Assembly (NCBI GenBank): GCA_024134725.1
Contig: CP099863.1
Location: 2,763,258 to 2,787,257 of the forward strand
Direction of reading: 5' to 3'
From: Bacillus sp. 1780r2a1
Lineage (GTDB): Bacteria; Bacillota; Bacilli; Bacillales; Bacillaceae_H
DNA: 24,000 nt
Shown piece after piece: positions 1-8,829 of this stretch. How positions within the stretch are numbered: position 1 is the stretch's first letter; each line of letters starts with the position of its first letter. The notes under the pieces are model-generated. The model did no database searches. It saw only the letters and a list, made by a program, of their open reading frames with translations, and had not been told where the DNA came from. Both the position numbers and the translations under genes were made by a program.

Positions 1-1074
1 GTTTCCTTGTAAAGTAGATTGCATAGCTCCCACTCCTGGAAGTGAAGATAAGATGACTTGGTCCCCTTGATAACTTAACACATCCAGATCGCTATCTAAC
101 CACAAGGGAGCATCTAAATCAAAGTACTGAACATTTGGATGTGCTGCTGCAAAGTGTGCTGCCGCTCCTACAGAAAAACAAGGTTCCATCATGCTACCAA
201 TCATACAACTCACACCGTTTGCTTCTGCAATACTCGCAATTTTCCATGCTTCGTTTATTCCACCGCACTTCATAAGCTTAATATTTAATAAATCTACATA
301 GCGCCCTGCGACAAGCTTTAACGCGTCCTTTACCGAAAACAAGCTTTCATCTGCCATAATAAGTGTAGAAACCTGATTAGTTACAAACTTTAGGCCATCT
401 AAATCATAGGAAGGAACTGGCTGTTCAATAAACTCAATGTTAAAGTTTCTATTTTCCATCTCATGAATAATCTGCACTGCTTGTTTCGCACGCCAACCTT
501 GATTTGCATCTAAACGAAGCTTTATGTATGAAGGAATAGCTTCGTGAATTTTCTGTATGCGTTCAATATCTAACTCTGGATTCGCCCCAACCTTTATTTT
601 AAGCACTTGAAAGCCGTCAGCTACGGCTAATTTAGCAGCTTTCGTCATCTTCTCTGGAGTGTCCACACCAATGGTCATACAGGTAGAAAGTGTTTTTTTA
701 CCCCCTAAGTAAGTATGAAGCGGAACTTCTATCAATCTACTATATGCGTCGTGAAGAGCGATATCAGCAGCAGCTTTAGCACTAGTATTTCCTATACAGC
801 AAGACTGTACGCTTTGAAGTAACAGTTGAAATTCTTTAACATCTCTTCCAATTATCGCAGCTTTAATAGGCCCTTTAAGAGCTGCTAAAATGCTCTCTAA
901 CGAATCACCTGTAATCACATACGTTGGAGCAGCCGCTCCTCTACCTGTTATTCCATTTTCTAACGTAATAATCACTTCAACGCTTTCAATTTCTGTGGCT
1001 GTTCGGAGCGCTGTTTTAAATGGTACTTTTAACGGAATAGTTTCATGCTTTACTTCAAGGTTTTTAATAATCAT
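1..1074 (-). CDS. ykfB: L-Ala-D/L-Glu (dipeptide) epimerase, enolase superfamily (MLE subgroup); C-terminal end lies outside the window
   Basis: Absent from the ORF track because it is open to position 1. My minus-strand translation from ATG 1074..1072 (GGGAG SD about 8 nt upstream) gives MIIKNLEVKHETIPLKVPFKTALRT..VITGDS..SAKAA..LKIKVG..LRLDANQGW..IEQPV..IMADES..LNIKLMKCGG..GSMMEP..AAAHFAA..FDLDAPL. The KxK motif, D/E/D metal ligands and second catalytic Lys are all present. It closely parallels B. subtilis YkfB as I remember it. Confidence 0.85.
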   Translation of the reverse strand, partial: MIIKNLEVKHETIPLKVPFKTALRTATEIESVEVIITLENGITGRGAAAPTYVITGDSLESILAALKGPIKAAIIGRDVKEFQLLLQSVQSCCIGNTSAKAAADIALHDAYSRLIEVPLHTYLGGKKTLSTCMTIGVDTPEKMTKAAKLAVADGFQVLKIKVGANPELDIERIQKIHEAIPSYIKLRLDANQGWRAKQAVQIIHEMENRNFNIEFIEQPVPSYDLDGLKFVTNQVSTLIMADESLFSVKDALKLVAGRYVDLLNIKLMKCGGINEAWKIASIAEANGVSCMIGSMMEPCFSVGAAAHFAAAHPNVQYFDLDAPLWLDSDLDVLSYQGDQVILSSLPGVGAMQSTLQGN

Positions 1075-1092
1075 TTGGCACACTCCCACTTT

Positions 1093-1521
1093 TTAATCCA
1101 AAATTATTACTTGTGTTTGCGTTTTTCCCACATACTTATAGGTAAGAGCCACTCGTTCAATTGGTTTGCTATGAGTAATTTTTAACATATATCTTTTACT
1201 GGAAGGCTCTATCTTCTTATGCACCTCTTGTAGCGTTAGCTGTTGATCAATCTGATCTGATAAGTTGATCACTTCGTTCGCTTTTATTTGCTCAATTTCT
1301 AGCCCACTTGGATGTGCTTGATTATTTACTTGTATAGCTATGAGATGAACTGAGCTAATAGAGCTTTCATTATCTAACTCGATTGCCACTGTTTTTTTAT
1401 TGTGAGGAAAAGTTGTAATGGTTCCTATTTGAAGAGATTCACCCTTTCTTATATATATGAACCCTATAACAACTCCTACCATTAGAAAAAAGATTCCGCT
1501 CAACATAAGCCACTTTTTCAT
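1093..1521 (-). CDS. hypothetical membrane-anchored protein, 142 aa, unknown function
   Basis: ORF track. The N-terminal [24 protein letters not shown] is a single TM/signal anchor. SD GAAAGGGAA lies upstream and the ATG overlaps the fosB stop (ATGA). I recognise no family motif. Confidence 0.6.
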   Translation of the reverse strand: MKKWLMLSGIFFLMVGVVIGFIYIRKGESLQIGTITTFPHNKKTVAIELDNESSISSVHLIAIQVNNQAHPSGLEIEQIKANEVINLSDQIDQQLTLQEVHKKIEPSSKRYMLKITHSKPIERVALTYKYVGKTQTQVIILD

Positions 1522-1952
1522 TTCCCTTTCTCTTCTTCAGCGAATACCATATGAGGTTTTGTTTCTTTGTAATAGCGAAGTCTGTCTTCTAACGTGCCCG
1601 TATGTACTTCAAACTTATGCCCGTCTGGGTCCGTGAAATAAATTGACTCTCTATCACGCTCATCTCTTGTTCTTCCTTTTAAAATTGGTACATGATAAGC
1701 CGCTAGTTTTGCCTCAAAACATTTTAAATCTCCAGCTTTAATTGAAAACGCAAAATGGGTATAGGAATCGTGAATTTCATTTCTTTGAATATGTTTCTCT
1801 TCATTTAACGCTATCCATAAACCATTTAAATCCAAATAAGCTGTGGTTGTGCCAGTAACAAGAAGGTTGGCACCTAGAACCTGCTTATAAAAACCGATTG
1901 ACTGAGCTAAATTAGATACTGAAAAGCAGCAGTGATTTATTCCTTGAATCAT
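1518..1952 (-). CDS. fosB: metallothiol (bacillithiol) transferase FosB, fosfomycin resistance
   Basis: [76 protein letters not shown] matches B. subtilis FosB almost block for block, from memory. I moved the start to ATG 1952 (13th codon of the track ORF) because AAAGGTGGAGG sits 7 nt upstream. Confidence 0.9.
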   Translation of the reverse strand: MIQGINHCCFSVSNLAQSIGFYKQVLGANLLVTGTTTAYLDLNGLWIALNEEKHIQRNEIHDSYTHFAFSIKAGDLKCFEAKLAAYHVPILKGRTRDERDRESIYFTDPDGHKFEVHTGTLEDRLRYYKETKPHMVFAEEEKGK

Positions 1953-2097
1953 GTTGTCCTCCACCTTTTGTCTAGATAGTAGAAGCACTAACTATATACA
2001 TATACTACCATATCATTTTCATTTTTATCTTATTATTTTAAATTTTCTTCCTATTTTTGTATACTAAATAGGTAATTTATACAAAGGGTGGTGTCTC

Positions 2098-3339
2098 ATG
2101 TTTTTTAGTAAAGAGAGAGAAAAGGAAGTCATTAATTGGCTAGAAGCACATTCATATCGTCTAGCTGAGCCTATAGATTGTGCTTCTCAAGACTTTTCAT
2201 TTTTAAAGTCAGTTATTCAAGATAAACGAATTGTCTGGCTTGGTGAAAATGGGCACTTCATTCGTGAACACACCATGTTAAAAGAAAAGATAATTTCATT
2301 CTTGCATAAAGAGATGGGTTTTAACGTATTGGCATTCGAAAGCGGCCTTGCTGAGGCATACGGAGCAAATGAATTGAAAGAAGCGTCAACACCAGGAGCT
2401 TTCATGAAAAATAGTATTTATTCTTTGTGGGCAACAGAAGATACCGAGCCCCTTTTTCATCTATTAAAAAGACAAGATTTTCGTTTAGCTGGAATTGATA
2501 TAAACCCTTCTTCAACCCCTGACACCTTTTTAAGATTTGTAGCAAAATTACAGCCATTCGTTACAGAAGAACAGCTACAAGCATTTGAATTTATTGAACG
2601 AGGTGCATATGAGTGGTACTACAAAATTGGTCAATATACAGCGGCACGAAAAAAAGTACCAAACGATGTGTTGCAGCTCTTTAAACATTTTAAAGAACAA
2701 GCAATCACAAAGGTTAACGATCTGATAAAATCAATTCAATTTCACCTTCTTAATGAACGAGAACAAGCTAAAGAAACTTATCTATACGTCATGCAGCGTT
2801 CGTTAGCTAACCGCTTATATTTTCTGAATCACCTGACAGAAGATCATCGCACTTATAAAAAAGTGCGTGAACAACGACTTTGTGAAAATGTTGAATGGTT
2901 GTGCAATGAACTTTATCCAAATGAAAAAATCATCATTTGGGCTCATAACATGCATATTTTTAAAAATTTCCGTTCGTTCTTTTCAAAGTTTGAACCAATG
3001 GGCTCTAAGATATCAAAAACCCTTCAGAATGACTCTTACTATATGGGTCTGTTTATGTATGAAGGCGAAACTATAACAGATACGGGTCAAGCTTATAAAC
3101 TAAGCAAGCCACCTAAAAAAAGTTTGGAAGACTACCTCTCTAAGGTGAATTCACCTACTACGTTTGTAGATTTTTCTCAACTACAAAAGCAACGGGAAAA
3201 CGAATGGATATTCAAAAAAACAATTTTCTTAGATAGCGGAACCATGCAAACATTAATTACGCCCCGCGAACAAATGGATGGAGCTCTTTTTGTGCAAAAA
3301 GTTTCACCTCCTCCATTCAAAAAAGAAGGTGAGAAATAA
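2098..3339 (+). CDS. erythromycin esterase family protein (Ere/Bcr136-like)
   Basis: ORF track. N-terminal RIVWLGENGHFIREH..FLHKEMGFNVLAFESG and later IIWAHNMHI correspond to the GE(x)xHGxxE..MGF.v.a.E and WAHNxH blocks of the Ere family. SD AAGGGTGGTG lies upstream. Confidence 0.7.
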   Translation: MFFSKEREKEVINWLEAHSYRLAEPIDCASQDFSFLKSVIQDKRIVWLGENGHFIREHTMLKEKIISFLHKEMGFNVLAFESGLAEAYGANELKEASTPGAFMKNSIYSLWATEDTEPLFHLLKRQDFRLAGIDINPSSTPDTFLRFVAKLQPFVTEEQLQAFEFIERGAYEWYYKIGQYTAARKKVPNDVLQLFKHFKEQAITKVNDLIKSIQFHLLNEREQAKETYLYVMQRSLANRLYFLNHLTEDHRTYKKVREQRLCENVEWLCNELYPNEKIIIWAHNMHIFKNFRSFFSKFEPMGSKISKTLQNDSYYMGLFMYEGETITDTGQAYKLSKPPKKSLEDYLSKVNSPTTFVDFSQLQKQRENEWIFKKTIFLDSGTMQTLITPREQMDGALFVQKVSPPPFKKEGEK

Positions 3340-3371
3340 CAGAACAAATGTTCAAAAAAGAAAAAATTTCT

Positions 3372-3460
3372 TTACGTTGTCTAAACTCGTTCCCAACATT
3401 GTTTTCACAATTAAAACAACCTGAACGATTAAAAATTCTTTCCTTTTAATCGTTCAGGTT
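3372..3460 (-). repeat. terminator-linked repeat, copy A (hairpin plus CATTGTTTTCACAAT flank)
   Basis: The hairpin core 3418-3460 aligns in direct orientation with 12969-13011. The flank 3372-3417 aligns in reverse complement with 13012-13057 (ATTGTGAAAACAATGYTGGRAAC..), at roughly 75-85% identity by eye. Confidence 0.6.
3418..3460. terminator. bidirectional rho-independent terminator between the ere-like gene and copA
   Basis: AACCTGAACGATTAAAA / TTTTAATCGTTCAGGTT form a 17-bp perfect stem with a 9-nt loop. On the minus strand it is followed by GTTTTAATT, and on the plus strand by TTTATCATT. Confidence 0.7.
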
Positions 3461-3497
3461 TATCATTAGCTGAATTCCTTATGTTCCCGTCTGTCTT

Positions 3498-5903
3498 CTA
3501 AATCTTCATTTTCTGCAAACGCAGCGCATTTAACACAACGGATACAGAACTGAACGCCATGGCTGCTCCAGCTAACCACGGTGCCAAAAATCCTATTGCA
3601 GCAATTGGAATTCCAATAGTATTGTAGCCGAATGCCCAAAAGAGATTTTGTTTAATGTTACGCATTGTTGCTTTACTCATTTGCAAAGCATGAACGATGC
3701 TTGTAAGGTCACCTCTCATAAGCGTTAAGTCTGCTGCTTCAATCGCAACGTCCGTACCGGTTCCAATCGCCATTCCAACGTCAGCCACTGCTAGAGCCGG
3801 TGCATCATTTAAGCCGTCACCAACCATTGCCACTTTTGACCCTTGAGCCTGCAGCTTTTGAATTTCGGCTGCTTTTTCTTCTGGTAATACTTCAGCAAGC
3901 ACATGATGAATTCCCACTTCATTAGCAATAGCATTTGCTGTTTGCTTATTATCACCTGTAATCATCACAACGTGAAGTCCCATTTCTTTTAGGGCCTTAA
4001 TAGCTTTCGCTGACGTTTCTTTAACCGTATCAGCAACTGCTACAAACCCTGCATATTCACTGTTTAAAGCAATTAGCATAACCGTTTTCCCCTGAGACTC
4101 AATTTCTGAAATGAGTGATTCAACACCCGCAACTTCAATACCAGAATCAGACATAAGCTTTCTCGTACCCACTAAAATTTCCTCATCCTCTATAATCGCT
4201 TTTATACCATGTCCAGGTATTGCTTCAAAAGCTGAAATTTTTAGCAAACTAAGATTTTGTTCAGAAGCCTTTTTGACAATGGCGCGTGCTAATGGATGCT
4301 CAGACTGACTTTCAGCAGAGGCAACAAGCTGTAAAAGCTTTTCTTGGCTTGCGCCTGTTTCCGTCACAATATCCGTTACTTGTGGCTCACCCTTTGTCAC
4401 GGTACCAGTTTTGTCTAACACGATCGTATCTACTTCATGAGCTGCTTCTAGATGCTCACCGCCTTTAAATAAAACACCTAGTTCGGCTGCTCGACCTGAT
4501 CCTGCCATAATTGACGTTGGGGTAGCTAGACCTAATGCACAAGGGCAGGCAATTACAAGTACAGCAATCATTTTTTCAAGCGCTGAAGCAAAGTCACTAG
4601 GATCAAGCACCATATACCAAACAAAAAACGTAACGATTGCTATTGCTACAACAATGGGAACAAAAATACCTGAAATACGGTCAGCCACGCGTTGAATAGG
4701 GGCTTTAGAACCTTGTGCGCTTTCCACAACTCTTATAATTTGTGCAAGGGCTGTTTCTTTTCCCACTTTTGTTGCTTTTACTTTTAAAAAGCCATTTTTG
4801 TTCACTGTGGCTCCCGTCACATCATCACCAATCGATTTTTCAACCGGAATACTTTCTCCTGTTAGCATGGACTCATCAATTGCAGATTGTCCTTCTATTA
4901 CCTCACCGTCTACTGGAATTTTTTCGCCTGGCTTCACATAAACAACGTCTCCGTGCTTCACTTCTTCAATAGGGATTTCAACCTGTTGATTTTCTCGCTC
5001 TACAATTGCCGTTTTTGCTTGTAAACTTAAAAGCGTTCGAATTGCCTCTGAAGAGCGCCCTTTTGCTTTAGCTTCAAATAATTTCCCGAGTAAAATAAGG
5101 GTAATTAAGATTGCGCTTGTTTCATAATAAAGTTCAATCATATGAGCATTTGAACCAATGGATTGAATCGATAAATAAACGCTGTAAAAATAAGCAGCGC
5201 TCGTTCCTAAAGCCACCAAAACATCCATATTTGCACTTTTATTCCTTAGCGCTTTATAGGCTCCAACATAAAACTGTCCACCGATAAGAAATTGAACTGG
5301 CGTAGCAAGGGCCATTTGAAACCATGGATTTAAAAACATCGGCGGTACAGGAATAAAGGCCGTAAAGGAAAAGTGACTAACCATGGCCCAAAGTAGCGGG
5401 ATACTTAATATTGCTGCAATTAAAAATTTGAGCTCTTGTTGATTGGTTACTTTTTCACGGATATTTTCGTTTTTTTCAGCCTTTAAAGACGCACCGTATC
5501 CTAATTTTTCAATTCTATTAATGATGGTAGATAGATCAATTTGTTCTTCATTATATTTTAGAGTTGCCGTTTCTAATGCAAGATTCACGTTTACATGAGC
5601 AATTCCCTGCTGCTTTCCTAATACCTTTTCGATTCTGCTTGAACAAGCTGCACAGGTCATCCCGGTTATGTCTAGTTCTTCTGTTTCATAAATGACATCA
5701 TATCCTAGATTCTGCACTTTTTCTTCAAAAACGCGTGACTGAACTACTTCAGGTGTATAGCGAATTGTTGCTTTTTCTAATGCAAGGTTAATAGCTGCAT
5801 CTTCAACTCCATCTATTTTCTTTAAACTTTTTTCAATTCGGCTTGCACAGGCTGAGCACGTCATACCCTCTATACGTAACGTAATGTCTTTTTGGCTTTT
5901 CAT
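3498..5903 (-). CDS. copA: copper-exporting P1B-type ATPase CopA
   Basis: Two N-terminal HMA domains (GMTCSAC, GMTCAAC), CPC in [21 protein letters not shown] and GDGLNDAP. I moved the start to ATG 5903 (6th codon of the track ORF) because codons 2-3 of the longer ORF are the AGGAGGGG SD. Confidence 0.95.
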   Translation of the reverse strand: MKSQKDITLRIEGMTCSACASRIEKSLKKIDGVEDAAINLALEKATIRYTPEVVQSRVFEEKVQNLGYDVIYETEELDITGMTCAACSSRIEKVLGKQQGIAHVNVNLALETATLKYNEEQIDLSTIINRIEKLGYGASLKAEKNENIREKVTNQQELKFLIAAILSIPLLWAMVSHFSFTAFIPVPPMFLNPWFQMALATPVQFLIGGQFYVGAYKALRNKSANMDVLVALGTSAAYFYSVYLSIQSIGSNAHMIELYYETSAILITLILLGKLFEAKAKGRSSEAIRTLLSLQAKTAIVERENQQVEIPIEEVKHGDVVYVKPGEKIPVDGEVIEGQSAIDESMLTGESIPVEKSIGDDVTGATVNKNGFLKVKATKVGKETALAQIIRVVESAQGSKAPIQRVADRISGIFVPIVVAIAIVTFFVWYMVLDPSDFASALEKMIAVLVIACPCALGLATPTSIMAGSGRAAELGVLFKGGEHLEAAHEVDTIVLDKTGTVTKGEPQVTDIVTETGASQEKLLQLVASAESQSEHPLARAIVKKASEQNLSLLKISAFEAIPGHGIKAIIEDEEILVGTRKLMSDSGIEVAGVESLISEIESQGKTVMLIALNSEYAGFVAVADTVKETSAKAIKALKEMGLHVVMITGDNKQTANAIANEVGIHHVLAEVLPEEKAAEIQKLQAQGSKVAMVGDGLNDAPALAVADVGMAIGTGTDVAIEAADLTLMRGDLTSIVHALQMSKATMRNIKQNLFWAFGYNTIGIPIAAIGFLAPWLAGAAMAFSSVSVVLNALRLQKMKI

Positions 5904-5916
5904 AGAACCCCTCCTC

Positions 5917-5937
5917 ATATACCCTATATAGGTATAT
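5917..5937 (-). promoter_or_regulatory. candidate CsoR operator overlapping a candidate copA promoter
   Basis: Minus strand ATATACCTATATAGGGTATAT is a 21-nt palindrome broken only by one extra G. It has the TACC...GGGTA ends typical of CsoR boxes. It overlaps TAATAT (-10, rc of 5934-5939), which pairs with TTCGCA (-35, rc of 5957-5962) at 17-nt spacing. Confidence 0.4.
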
Positions 5938-5945
5938 TACTTTTT

Positions 5946-5974
5946 AAAAGAGAACGTGCGAAGTTATTCGCACG
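5946..5974 (-). terminator. intercistronic hairpin with U-tract between copZ and copA (possible partial terminator)
   Basis: On the minus strand, CGTGCGAA-TAAC-TTCGCACG (5955-5974) is followed by TTCTCTTTT. Confidence 0.4.
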
Positions 5975-5979
5975 CGATT

Positions 5980-6186
5980 TTACGCTACGTCATAGCCTTG
6001 ATCATCAATTGATTCTTTAATCGTTTCAAGGCTGACTTTACTTTCATCATATTCAACTTCAACCGTTGCTGATTCTAAATTAACCTTTACACTTTTTACA
6101 CCGCTTAATTCTGATACTGCACCTTCAACTGCTTTTACACAATGTCCACAAGACATACCTTGTACTGATAATACTGTTTGTTCCAT
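5980..6186 (-). CDS. copZ: copper chaperone CopZ (HMA domain)
   Basis: 68 aa with the MSCGHCV metal-binding motif. SD AAGGAG lies upstream, 17 nt after the csoR stop. Confidence 0.93.
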   Translation of the reverse strand: MEQTVLSVQGMSCGHCVKAVEGAVSELSGVKSVKVNLESATVEVEYDESKVSLETIKESIDDQGYDVA

Positions 6187-6203
6187 CTTTTCCAGCTCCT
6201 TTT

Positions 6204-6533
6204 TTATTTCATTAATCTTTTAATTGTTGTTAATAACTCATCTACTACTTCCTCGTCGCCCTCTTGTACTCTTTCTACAACACAGTGCTTTAAATGACCT
6301 TCTAATAAAATTTTACTGACACTATTTAAAGCTGACTGAACAGCCGATATTTGCGTAATGACATCATCACAGTACGTATCCTTATCAATTAACCCTTTAA
6401 TTCCCCGAATTTGTCCTTCAATTCGATTAAGGCGACTCGTTAAGTTTTTCTTTACTTCTGGAGAATGATGACTTCGCCTTGCATTACCTGCATGGCAATC
6501 TACTTTTACTTCCGACCCACGGTTTTCTTCCAT
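6204..6533 (-). CDS. csoR: copper-sensing transcriptional repressor CsoR
   Basis: LNRIEGQIRGI..YCDDV..EGHLKHC carries the C-H-C Cu(I) ligand pattern. I moved the start to ATG 6533 (29th codon of the track ORF) because AAAGGTGG lies 7 nt upstream. Confidence 0.9.
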   Translation of the reverse strand: MEENRGSEVKVDCHAGNARRSHHSPEVKKNLTSRLNRIEGQIRGIKGLIDKDTYCDDVITQISAVQSALNSVSKILLEGHLKHCVVERVQEGDEEVVDELLTTIKRLMK

Positions 6534-6558
6534 CCAAAAACCACCTTTCATAATTGAA

Positions 6559-6588
6559 ATTATAATGTACCCCCCCACCCTATGTAAA
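6559..6588 (-). promoter_or_regulatory. candidate sigma-A promoter of csoR-copZ with a G7-containing operator-like spacer
   Basis: Minus strand has TTTACA (rc 6583-6588), an 18-nt spacer and TATAAT (rc 6559-6564). The spacer holds TACATAGGGTGGGGGGGTACAT. Confidence 0.45.
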
Positions 6589-6600
6589 GTATTATGTACA

Positions 6601-6631
6601 ATAAAAAGCTTCTCCACTACAGGAGAAGCTC
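6601..6631 (-). terminator. rho-independent terminator of the ABC transporter operon
   Basis: On the minus strand, AGCTTCTCC-TGTAGT-GGAGAAGCT is followed by TTTTTATTGT, 13 nt after the binding-protein stop. Confidence 0.7.
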
Positions 6632-6643
6632 TTATACATTAAG

Positions 6644-7939
6644 TTATTTTTTTAGTTTATCCCAAGTACTTTCAAATGATTTAAACAATTCTTCTTCCGT
6701 TACTTGACCACCAACATACTCTTGAAGTGAAGCACCAAATTCTTCTTTCACACCATCCGGGAACTTCATAAACTGCCAAGGCATTGTTTGTCCTTCTTCA
6801 GAGTACTTTAAGATTTCCGCACCTAATGGACCGATATCTTTTGCGTCCGCTTCAATTGTCTTAAATGCAGGAACATACTTAAACTCTTCTACAAGTGCAC
6901 GCTTGCCTTCTTCCGATGTTACCATCCAGTTTAAGAAATCTTTTGCTGCTTCTTTATCTGCTTCTGGTGCACCGTTATGAACAACCCAGCTGCTTGGTAC
7001 ATCGACTGAGATTTTCCCTTTCACATTTCCACCGTCACCAAGAGGCATTGGCATAACACCTAAATCTAAGTCTGGATTAATTTTATCAAGCATTGGCTGA
7101 ATCCAGTTTCCTTGTTGAATAATAGCTGCTTCACCCGTTGCAAAGTTTGTTACTTGCGTATTGTAATCCGTTGTCAACGAGTTTTTATTTCCATACTTAA
7201 TTGTTAAATCTAATAGCTTAATATAGTCTTTAAACTGCTGGTTACCTGAAATTTTTCCAGTACCTTCGTTTAAGCTCTTGATAAAAGCATCAGGGTCTTC
7301 TTGAGCAGAGAATGGAATGTTTAAACCATGATTTCCTAATACCCACCATTCACCATATCCAATTGAAAACGGCGTGATTCCCGCTGCTTTTAACTTCTTA
7401 GCTGCTGCTTCTAGTTCATCTAACGTCTGTGGTACTTCTTTAATGCCCGCTTTTTTAAAAAGCTCTTTGTTATACGTAAAGCCGTATCCTTCTAAGTTCA
7501 TCGGCTGACCATATACCTTGCCGTCAATCGTCATTGGATCTAACGTATTATCAAATGCATCTTTCACCCAAGGCTCATCAGATAAATCTTCAAGCTTGTC
7601 TTTCCAGGTAACGGCTTCTTGATAGCCACCGTTTGAGAAGATATCAGGCTCATTTCCAGAAGCAAACTTCGCTTTTAGTGCTGCTGCACCGTCTGCACCG
7701 CCTCCAACTGTTTCAATGTTGAATGTTACGTTTGGATTTTCTTTTGTATATTGATCCGTTAATGCTTTTAGCTGATCTGCAATCTCAACTTTTCCTTGGA
7801 AAATATCAACAACAACTTGATCACCTTTTGCGCCACCGCTTGCATTATCTCCAGACGAACTATCGCTAGAGCACGCTGCTGTAAATAAAAGAGATGCTGA
7901 TAGTACACCTGCTGCTAAGGGAAGTTTTTTTAGTTTCAT
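6644..7939 (-). CDS. carbohydrate ABC transporter substrate-binding lipoprotein (CUT1 family)
   Basis: ORF track. Signal peptide plus Cys (LLFTAAC-SSDSSSG), about 430 aa, with the overall pattern of family-1 extracellular solute-binding proteins. SD AGGAGG lies upstream. Confidence 0.85.
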   Translation of the reverse strand: MKLKKLPLAAGVLSASLLFTAACSSDSSSGDNASGGAKGDQVVVDIFQGKVEIADQLKALTDQYTKENPNVTFNIETVGGGADGAAALKAKFASGNEPDIFSNGGYQEAVTWKDKLEDLSDEPWVKDAFDNTLDPMTIDGKVYGQPMNLEGYGFTYNKELFKKAGIKEVPQTLDELEAAAKKLKAAGITPFSIGYGEWWVLGNHGLNIPFSAQEDPDAFIKSLNEGTGKISGNQQFKDYIKLLDLTIKYGNKNSLTTDYNTQVTNFATGEAAIIQQGNWIQPMLDKINPDLDLGVMPMPLGDGGNVKGKISVDVPSSWVVHNGAPEADKEAAKDFLNWMVTSEEGKRALVEEFKYVPAFKTIEADAKDIGPLGAEILKYSEEGQTMPWQFMKFPDGVKEEFGASLQEYVGGQVTEEELFKSFESTWDKLKK

Positions 7940-7957
7940 GTTTGGTTCCTCCTATGT

Positions 7958-7996
7958 TTGGAACCTATGCTCATTAATTATGAGCATAGGTTCCAA
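7958..7996 (-). other. 17-bp perfect intercistronic stem-loop immediately upstream of the binding-protein SD
   Basis: TTGGAACCTATGCTCAT (7958-7974) pairs with ATGAGCATAGGTTCCAA (7980-7996) around a 5-nt loop. No U-tract follows on the minus strand; the next bases are ACATAGGAGGAACCAAAC-ATG. Confidence 0.8.
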
Positions 7997-8001
7997 GTTT
8001 A

Positions 8002-8829
8002 TTATTTAATAGACCCACTTGTAATTCCTTTGATAATATGTTTTTGCATCGAAAAGAAAAAGATTAATAATGGAATGATGCTTAACATTAATGCTGCTAG
8101 TGCTAAATCCCACTGCTTTGTGTATTGTCCAAAGAAGAAAAACGTTGCTAGTGGAATTGTACGTAATGATGGATCTTGCAGAACAAGTAATGGTAATAAG
8201 AAATCGTTCCAAATCCATAAGCTGTTTAAGATAATAATCGTTACCGTAATTGGCTTTAATAAAGGGAATACAATTCTCCAAAATACACCAAACGTGGAGC
8301 ACCCATCAATAATTGCTGCTTCTTCTAATTCCACTGGTATCCCTTTAATGAACCCGTGATATAAGAAGATTGCTAACCCAGAACCAAATCCTAGATACAT
8401 CACAACTAGTCCCCAAATGCTGTTCATTAATCCAAATGAACTTGCCGCTTTTACTAAAGGAATCATAATTGATTGGAAAGGAATAACCATGGCTGCTACG
8501 AAGAGCAAAAAGATAAAATTACTGAACTTTGATTTTGTACGTACAAGCATATATGCTCCCATTGAACAAAAGATCACAATAACTAGGTTGCTTGCTACTG
8601 TAATAATTAGTGAATTCTTGAAAACTCGTAAGTAATCCATTCTTTCAAAAGCTGTTACGTAGTTTTGCCATTGAAAAGCCGATGGTAAAGCTGATGTATT
8701 GGTTAAAATTTCTGCAAACGGCTTTAATGAGTTAGCAATAACATAGTAAAACGGAGCAAGGAAGATTAAACCTAAGACAATTGCTAAGATTTCAATAATA
8801 AACGTCTTTCCTGTATACTTGTTGCCCAT
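8002..8829 (-). CDS. carbohydrate ABC transporter permease (MalG-like)
   Basis: ORF track. Six-TM pattern with the EAA loop region ELEEAAIIDGCSTFGVFWRIVFPLLKP. Confidence 0.9.
   Translation of the reverse strand: MGNKYTGKTFIIEILAIVLGLIFLAPFYYVIANSLKPFAEILTNTSALPSAFQWQNYVTAFERMDYLRVFKNSLIITVASNLVIVIFCSMGAYMLVRTKSKFSNFIFLLFVAAMVIPFQSIMIPLVKAASSFGLMNSIWGLVVMYLGFGSGLAIFLYHGFIKGIPVELEEAAIIDGCSTFGVFWRIVFPLLKPITVTIIILNSLWIWNDFLLPLLVLQDPSLRTIPLATFFFFGQYTKQWDLALAALMLSIIPLLIFFFSMQKHIIKGITSGSIK

Noticed and set aside
3348-3449. 33-codon ORF MFKKEKISLRCLNSFPTLFSQLKQPERLKILSF running through the repeat and terminator
   Set aside because: The nearest SD is 14 nt away. The second repeat copy has indels that destroy the frame, so conservation is at the nucleotide level rather than the protein level.
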